Positions 57,758 through 64,000 of a stretch of DNA of 64,000 nt are shown here, piece by piece. Every line of letters starts with the position of its first letter. The first letter of the stretch is position 1. Position numbers and translations under genes: made by a program. Below the pieces are notes generated by a model. That model searched no databases, was not told the DNA's origin, and saw only the letters and a list, made by a program, of their open reading frames with translations. Source of the DNA: an uncultured bacterium (lineage in GTDB: Bacteria > Oederibacteriota > PGYV01 > CAWJRG01); assembly GCA_963845185.1 (NCBI GenBank), contig CAWJRG010000010.1:672001-736000 (forward strand), given 5' to 3'.

Positions 57758-59037
57758 ATCATTACTCCGGACAATGACGCGCCTTTTGCGCCGTTTATTT
57801 TCACCCTTATTATTTTGCCTATCAGGCCTTTTGAACCCTCAAAAAATACGTTTTTGGCGTTGTCAGTTGTTGCCTTTAATTTGCCGCTGTCCCTGGCGTC
57901 TGTATCTTCCACAAGCACTTCAAGTTCCTTCCCAATATATTTATTGCTGATATCTTCGCTGATTTTTTTTTGCAAATCAAGTATATAATTAAGCCTGCGC
58001 AGTTTTTCTTCCTCGGGAACGCTGTCCGGGTATTCTGCGGCCTTTGTGCCCGGCCTTGCCGAATACTTGAATAAATACGCGTTGTCAAACCTTGTGCTTT
58101 CCATGATTGAAACCGTGTCCTTAAAATCCTGCTCTTCCTCGTAAGGAAACCCGACAAGCAAATCGCTTGTGATGGCCACATCGCTGATTTTTGACCTTAT
58201 TCTTCCTATTTTTTCAATGTACTCTTTTGCCGTATATTTCCTGTTCATCAGGTTCAATATCTTGTCCGAGCCCGACTGCAGCGGCAGATGAAAATGCTTG
58301 CACAGTTTTTCATCCCCTGCGACTGTATCTATAAGCTCCATTGTCAGGTCTTTCGGGTGCGATGTCATAAACCGTATCCTTTTTATACTGTTAATCTTTG
58401 AAACTTCTTTCAGCAGCTCGGGAAAATTTTTTTCATGTTTATCCCTTCCGTATGAATTTACATTTTGCCCCAAAAGCATTACTTCCTTGTAACCGTTGTC
58501 TGCCATTGTCCTGATTTCCCTGATAATATCCGCTGCCGGCCTGCTCCTTTCCCTGCCGCGCACAAAAGGCACGACGCAGTAGGAGCAGTAGTTATCGCAT
58601 CCCTGCATTATTGTGGTATAGCCTTTTACAGCATCTGTCCTTTTAATATTCAGGTCGTATATTTCCTCTATTTCGTCGACATATACCTTTTTCCTGTTGT
58701 CTTTTATTATTTTTGATATGTCGGAAAAATGGAATGTGCCTAAAACTGCATAAAGGTTCGGATATTTTTTTATCAGGCTGTCTTTTAAATTCTGCGCCAT
58801 GCAACCTGCAACAATGACTTTTTTATCCTTTGCTGCTTTAACTATATAGCTTATTTCCCTGTCCTCTGCATGCTTTCTGACGCTGCATGTATTGACCACG
58901 ATAAAATCAGCTTCTTTTTCGTTTGCTGTAAGCTCGTAGCCGTCATGCTGCAGCACTCCTGCCATGCGTTCCGAGTCATACTCGTTCATCTGGCATCCGA
59001 AAGTTTTGATAAATATTTTTTGCAAATATGTCACCAT
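57754..59037 (-). CDS. miaB: tRNA methylthiotransferase MiaB
   Basis: TFGCQMNEYDSE, NTCSVR, GCDNYCSYCVVP, LGQNVNSY, RFMTSHP, TRAM domain. Confidence 0.95.
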   Translation of the reverse strand: MVTYLQKIFIKTFGCQMNEYDSERMAGVLQHDGYELTANEKEADFIVVNTCSVRKHAEDREISYIVKAAKDKKVIVAGCMAQNLKDSLIKKYPNLYAVLGTFHFSDISKIIKDNRKKVYVDEIEEIYDLNIKRTDAVKGYTTIMQGCDNYCSYCVVPFVRGRERSRPAADIIREIRTMADNGYKEVMLLGQNVNSYGRDKHEKNFPELLKEVSKINSIKRIRFMTSHPKDLTMELIDTVAGDEKLCKHFHLPLQSGSDKILNLMNRKYTAKEYIEKIGRIRSKISDVAITSDLLVGFPYEEEQDFKDTVSIMESTRFDNAYLFKYSARPGTKAAEYPDSVPEEEKLRRLNYILDLQKKISEDISNKYIGKELEVLVEDTDARDSGKLKATTDNAKNVFFEGSKGLIGKIIRVKINGAKGASLSGVMI

Positions 59038-59124
59038 TTTCTGTGTAAATTTATGTTTGAATTATATCCCCTGTTTATGGCATTGTCAATGATGGGTAAC
59101 GCAGTGTTAATCAAACCTGCTATA

Positions 59125-59205
59125 TGCGGCGGGAACAAGACAAAAGCCTCCAAAGCCCTGGGCATCAGCCAGGCGACTTTATGGAGAAAGCTCAAGGAAA
59201 AATAA
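59125..59205 (+). pseudogene. Fis-type HTH remnant of a sigma54-dependent activator
   Basis: CGGNKTKASKALGISQATLWRKLKEK with no AAA+ domain upstream. Confidence 0.65.
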
Positions 59206-59265
59206 AAGGGTTTACCATTCTTACCCCAAGAATACGGGGTGCTGTGCCGTGGTTTTGCTATTTAT

Positions 59266-59417
59266 CTCCCCCTTAACAATGGGGGGACTGCAGGGGGATT
59301 TGCCACCCCAGCCACTGGATTTTATAGCTTAGCAATAATTTGTACGATCTTACCCCTCGAGTTTTACACTTTAAATGTAAATTGCCCTGCCTTTGTCCCC
59401 CCTTAACAAGAGGGGGG
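59266..59417. repeat. Two related REP-like palindromes
   Basis: CTCCCCCTTAACAATGGGGGG and CCCCCCTTAACAAGAGGGGGG; related to 23145-23175 on the other strand. Confidence 0.55.
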
Positions 59418-59950
59418 TAAACATGCCTGCGGGATGTTTAACGGGTAGAGTCATCTTAATAATATGCCTTTCTACCCAGGATAGGGGGTTTTATACCGAT
59501 GGTATGAATTTTCCCCTCCCAGACCTAAATTTCTTACCATTGGTAAGAATTGCCTTTTTTTCCGTTTTCCCCAAATATTGACAAGGCTTTTATGGCACGC
59601 CCGACAATAAATTGCTATACTGCTACCCCATCTTTGACCCGCCCAGCCACCGGATTTATTGCATTGCAATAAATTACCATGAAACAGGCGCCTTATCACC
59701 ACATTTTTTATAAATTCGTTTCAAATTGAAACATACATGCCACGAATAATTAGCGTGTCCTAAATTTGAGCAGCAGTAGCGAATAGTTTGTGGTGGTTTG
59801 GGCATTCTATAAACTTAAACGTCAGCGAATGGTTTATTGTTGTGGATTCGTCCGAATTGCCTTGATTAATGCGGTTAGTTACAATTTCGTACAAAGTATT
59901 TTATACGAATAGTGTAGATAATAATATAAGGTAATTTAAAATTATGTGGA

Positions 59951-61372
59951 TTACTTTTTAGGATGGATAAGGTATTTATCTATTTCTTCTGCTGCTTTTA
60001 TGCCTTCTGCCAGCGCCCATACTATCAGTGAAGGCCCGCGGTATATGTCGCCGGCGCTGAATACTCCCTTGACCGACGTCATAAAATCCTCGTTTCTCGC
60101 AACATTTCCCCTGTCGTCGAATTTTACTTTCAGCTCGCTTAAAAGCCCCTGCTTTTCCGGGCTTGTAAACCCCATTGCAAGTATCACAAGGTCTGCTTCT
60201 ATGTCAAACTCACTTCCTTTTACATCTTTCATCACCGGCCTTGCCTGCCCGGGCTCTTTTACAAACTCAACCCTTGCGCATACTGCTTTTGTCACCCTTC
60301 CGGATTCACCTGTGAATTTCTTTGTTGTTATTGCCCATTTTCTTTCCCCGCCTTCCTCGTGGCTCGACGACACTTTAAGTATAAGCGGGTACTTTGGCCA
60401 CTCCTGCCCTTTTGGCCTTTCTTTTGACGGCTCAGGCAGTATTTCCACCTGCGTAACGCACTTTGCGCCCTGCCTGTGCGCCGTACCCACGCAGTCAGCT
60501 CCTGTGTCTCCGCCGCCTATCACAAGCACGCTTTTATCTTTTGCGTCCATTAGCTCTTCCCTGCTGAATTTGCTTCCTGCTACCCTTTTATTCGACTGGG
60601 TAAGGTAGTCCATGGCAAAATATATGCCGGATAAATTCCTTCCCTCTATTTTCAAATCCCTTGGCGCCCTGCATCCCATCGCAAGGCATACAGCATCAAA
60701 ATCCTTTTTCAGTTTATCGGCTGTTATATCTGTATTTGTCTTAAACTCAATTCCTTCTGCTTCCCATATTTTGACACGCCTGTCTATCACATTTTTTTCA
60801 AGTTTGAAATCAGGTATGCCGTACCTTAATATGCCGCCTAATTTGTCGTCTTTTTCAAAAACAGTTACGCTGTACCCGAGTTTGTTAAGAGCGGATGCAG
60901 CCGATAACCCTGCGGGCCCTGAACCCACAACCGCAACTTTTTTTCCCGTTCTTATAGCCGGCGGGTTTGGCTTGATAAGCCCAAGCTCAAACGCCTTTTC
61001 AATGATTGCCAGCTCATTTTCCCTGATTGTCACGGGAAAGTCGTTTATGCCAAGCACGCACGCGTATTCGCACGGCGCAGGGCATACCCTGCCTGTGATT
61101 TCCGGGAAAGTGTTCATCGCGTTCAGCAGGTCAAAAGCAGCTGCAAAACGTCCCCTGAACATATTGTCGTTCCACTCGGGCACGTAGTTTCCCAGAGGGC
61201 ACGCCCAGTTACAAAAAGGCGTGCCGCAATCCATGCAGCGCGACGCCTGTTCCATTGTGTGCTCTACCGGCTGTATTAAAACCACTGGCTCAAAATCTTT
61301 TACACGGTCGCATACCGGCCTGTACGTAAAAGTTTTTCTGGGGTATTTTAAAAATCCTCTCTGGTCACCCAT
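59951..61372 (-). CDS. gltD: Glutamate synthase small subunit
   Basis: RCMDCGTPFC..CP, FPEITGRVCPAPCE, GSGPAG, GGGDTGADC. Confidence 0.96.
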   Translation of the reverse strand: MGDQRGFLKYPRKTFTYRPVCDRVKDFEPVVLIQPVEHTMEQASRCMDCGTPFCNWACPLGNYVPEWNDNMFRGRFAAAFDLLNAMNTFPEITGRVCPAPCEYACVLGINDFPVTIRENELAIIEKAFELGLIKPNPPAIRTGKKVAVVGSGPAGLSAASALNKLGYSVTVFEKDDKLGGILRYGIPDFKLEKNVIDRRVKIWEAEGIEFKTNTDITADKLKKDFDAVCLAMGCRAPRDLKIEGRNLSGIYFAMDYLTQSNKRVAGSKFSREELMDAKDKSVLVIGGGDTGADCVGTAHRQGAKCVTQVEILPEPSKERPKGQEWPKYPLILKVSSSHEEGGERKWAITTKKFTGESGRVTKAVCARVEFVKEPGQARPVMKDVKGSEFDIEADLVILAMGFTSPEKQGLLSELKVKFDDRGNVARNEDFMTSVKGVFSAGDIYRGPSLIVWALAEGIKAAEEIDKYLIHPKK

Positions 61373-64000
61373 CTGCTTCATCCTCCAGGTCTTTTTGCGC
61401 GACTGCTTTCCTGAGCTTTAAAATATTTTTATATTCTGTCGGTATTATTTTGACGAATTTTTTCAGTGACGCGTTTAAGTTGTCGAGTATCTCTTTCGCC
61501 CGTGGGCTTCCGGTATATTTGTGGTGGTTAAAAAGCAGGTTGTTTATGATTTTCGAGTCTTCCGCGCTTATTTCCTCGAATTCAACCATGTCCATATTGC
61601 ATTTTTTCTTAAAATCTCCGTTTATGTCAAAAACGTACGCTATGCCTCCTGACATGCCTGCGGCAAAGTTCCTGCCTGTCGGCCCCAGCACGACTATGCT
61701 CCCTCCTGTCATGTATTCACAGCCGTGGTCTCCAGTGCCTTCCACTACGCCCAGAAGCCCTGAGTTCCTTATGCAGAACCTCTCGCCTGCTATGCCCCTG
61801 ATATACGCTTCGCCGCATATGGCGCCGTAAAATGTCGTGTTGCCTATTATAATATTTTCCTCAGGCTTGAACCCTGCTTTTTTCTCCGGGTAAATTATGA
61901 TTTTTCCGCCTGATATTCCCTTTCCCACATAGTCATTTGCCATGCCTTCTAACTCGAACGTCACTCCCTTTGCGAGGAAAGCGCCGAAGCTCTGGCCGGC
62001 AACGCCCCTGAACTTGAAATTTATCGTGTCCTCGGGCAATGCCTGCTCGCCAAATATCCTGCATACCTCGCCTGAAAGCATGGCGCCCGTTGTCCTGTCG
62101 GTGTTATTGATTTCGACATTTGCCGAGACATTCTTCGAGTTTTTTAAAGCAGGAGCAGCGAGTTTTATGAGTTTCCTGTCGAGCACCTTGTCTATCTGGT
62201 GGTTTTGTTTTATAGTGCAGTGTGTCTTGACCGTCTTCGGCACTCTGGGCTTGTATAATATTTTTGAGTAATCCAGGTTTTCCGCTTTCCAGGGAATAAT
62301 ATCATTGTTCATCTCAAGCAAATCAACCCTTCCTATGAGTTCGTCAATTGTCCTTATACCAAGCTGGGCCATTATCTCCCTTGTTTCCCTTGCCACAAAA
62401 GTAAAGTAGTTAATGAGATGTTCCGGCCTGCCCTTAAACCTTGTTTGCAGCACGTCGTCCTGCGTAGCTATGCCCAGCGCACAGTTGTTTAGATTGCAAT
62501 GCCTGAGCATGACGCATCCCATTACCACGAGCCCTGCAGTTCCGAACCCGTATTCCTCTGCCCCAAGGCATGCAGCCACGACTATGTCCCTGCCTGTCCT
62601 CATCTGGCCGTCTGTCTGCAGTCTCACCCTGCTGCGCAGGTCATTCAGCACAAGGGTCTGGTGTGTTTCTGAAAGTCCGAGTTCCCACGGGAGGCCGGCG
62701 TGCATTATTGACGCTCTCGGCGACGCTCCTGTGCCCCCGTCGCCTCCGGATATCAGTATCATATCAGCATGGCCTTTTGCCACTCCTGCTGCTACTGTGC
62801 CAACGCCTATCTCAGACACAAGCTTCACGCTTATTCTCGCCCTCGGGTTGGCGTTTTTTAAGTCAAAAATCAGCTGCTTCAGGTCCTCTATTGAATAAAT
62901 GTCATGGTGCGGCGGAGGTGAAATCAAAGTCACTCCCGGAGTAGTGTACCTTGTCTTTGCTATTATTTCGCTAACCTTGTGCCCGGGCAATTGCCCGCCC
63001 TCGCCCGGCTTCGCGCCCTGCGCTATTTTAATCTGTAATTCATCGGCGTTCACCAGGTAATTTGTCGTAACGCCGAACCTGCCTGATGCCACCTGCTTTA
63101 CAGCGCTCCTTTTCGAGTCGCCATTCGGCATGAGCGTGAATCTTGCCGGGTCCTCGCCGCCCTCGCCTGTATTTGACTGGCCTTTTATCCTGTTCATGGC
63201 TATTGCCATGGTCTCGTGCGCAGGGCCTGATATAGCGCCGAAACTCATCGCGCCTATCACCAGCCTTTTGAATATTTTTTCAATCGCCTCGACTTTTTCT
63301 ATGGGTATTGGTTTTGCCTTTTTGAATTTCATGAGCCCGCGCAAAGTGGCAGGATTTTTTGACTGGTCGTTTATCAGCGACGCAAACTGCCTGTAGCACG
63401 CCTCGTCGTTGTTTTTCGCCGCGTCCTGCAAAGCCGCGACTGAATCCGGGTTCCATAAATGGAACTCGCCGTCTTTTCTCCACTGGTAAATGCCGCCTGT
63501 TTTCAATATGCTGCCAGGCGTGCCTGTATCCGGAAACGCATCTCTATGCCTGAGCCTGTTTTCCTCAAAAATCACGTCAAAGCCGGCTCCGCCTATGCGC
63601 GAGACCGTGCCTGTGAAGCACTTTTCTATTACTTCGCTGTCCAGACCTATTGCCTCGAATATCTGCGCGCCCTTGTAGCTCGGCACCGCTGATATGCCCA
63701 TTTTTGACATTATTTTAAGTATGCCTTTATTGACAGTGTCAATATAGTTTGTTTCGGCTTTTTCATAGCTGATTTTGATGTCCCCGTCTTTTATCATGTG
63801 CCTTATTGCGTCAAAGGACAAATACGGGTTTATTGCGTCAGCGCCGAATCCCAAAAGCGCATTAAAATGGTGTATCTCCCTTGCCTCGGCCGACTCGAGC
63901 ATAATGCCTATCCTTGTCCTAAGCTCTTTTTTTACAAGGTACTGGTGCACAGCGCCAAGGCCAAGCAAATCAGGCAAGGCAGCCTTTTCCCTGCTTATAC
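61365..64000 (-). CDS. gltB: Glutamate synthase large subunit (5'-truncated by the window)
   Basis: AMSFG, SNTGEGG, QVASGRFGV, QGAKPGEGGQLPG, CVMLRHCNLNNC, GCEYMTGG. Confidence 0.98.
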   Translation of the reverse strand, partial: ISREKAALPDLLGLGAVHQYLVKKELRTRIGIMLESAEAREIHHFNALLGFGADAINPYLSFDAIRHMIKDGDIKISYEKAETNYIDTVNKGILKIMSKMGISAVPSYKGAQIFEAIGLDSEVIEKCFTGTVSRIGGAGFDVIFEENRLRHRDAFPDTGTPGSILKTGGIYQWRKDGEFHLWNPDSVAALQDAAKNNDEACYRQFASLINDQSKNPATLRGLMKFKKAKPIPIEKVEAIEKIFKRLVIGAMSFGAISGPAHETMAIAMNRIKGQSNTGEGGEDPARFTLMPNGDSKRSAVKQVASGRFGVTTNYLVNADELQIKIAQGAKPGEGGQLPGHKVSEIIAKTRYTTPGVTLISPPPHHDIYSIEDLKQLIFDLKNANPRARISVKLVSEIGVGTVAAGVAKGHADMILISGGDGGTGASPRASIMHAGLPWELGLSETHQTLVLNDLRSRVRLQTDGQMRTGRDIVVAACLGAEEYGFGTAGLVVMGCVMLRHCNLNNCALGIATQDDVLQTRFKGRPEHLINYFTFVARETREIMAQLGIRTIDELIGRVDLLEMNNDIIPWKAENLDYSKILYKPRVPKTVKTHCTIKQNHQIDKVLDRKLIKLAAPALKNSKNVSANVEINNTDRTTGAMLSGEVCRIFGEQALPEDTINFKFRGVAGQSFGAFLAKGVTFELEGMANDYVGKGISGGKIIIYPEKKAGFKPEENIIIGNTTFYGAICGEAYIRGIAGERFCIRNSGLLGVVEGTGDHGCEYMTGGSIVVLGPTGRNFAAGMSGGIAYVFDINGDFKKKCNMDMVEFEEISAEDSKIINNLLFNHHKYTGSPRAKEILDNLNASLKKFVKIIPTEYKNILKLRKAVAQKDLEDEADG

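Noticed and set aside
59946..63692. Long + strand ORFs opposite gltD/gltB (and similar ones opposite phoU, pst, nrdD)
   Set aside because: Antisense shadows of well-conserved genes with no recognisable motifs

Overview
Chromosomal window from an AT-rich diderm bacterium (outer-membrane porin, secretin, TonB-dependent receptor, PorV-like barrel) with a class III RNR, so probably anaerobic or facultative. Taxonomy is not determined from sequence alone. Most genes lie on the - strand. Left to right: (1) an ArsR-led arsenic/thiol operon (arsR, acr3, interrupted diguanylate cyclase, CoA-disulfide reductase-like, Cys-rich exported proteins, MacB-type ABC with a frameshifted ATPase, rhodanese, arsC); (2) a large phosphate cluster (phoBR, two arsC-like genes, porin, pstS, then sixA, two thymidylate-kinase-like genes, ppx, pstCAB, phoU) with 11-bp-period Pho-box-like repeats, interrupted by an ECF sigma / PorV-OmpA / secreted-protein block; (3) tRNA-Cys, ahcY, metK; (4) a minimal Tad module (secretin plus CpaE-CpaF fusion); (5) a class III RNR whose glycyl-radical domain is a separate small gene; (6) a TPP-riboswitch operon; (7) secreted Thr/Pro-linker proteins with a T9SS-like C-terminal domain; (8) ECF transporter, miaB, gltD and partial gltB. 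The most striking unexplained signal is a dispersed, covarying two-hairpin non-coding element (6 copies at 5 loci) that ends 1-2 nt before the Shine-Dalgarno of phoU, pstB, a DUF2934 gene, metK and cpaF, and sometimes carries a nested second module. No CRISPR array, rRNA, integrase or transposase was seen.
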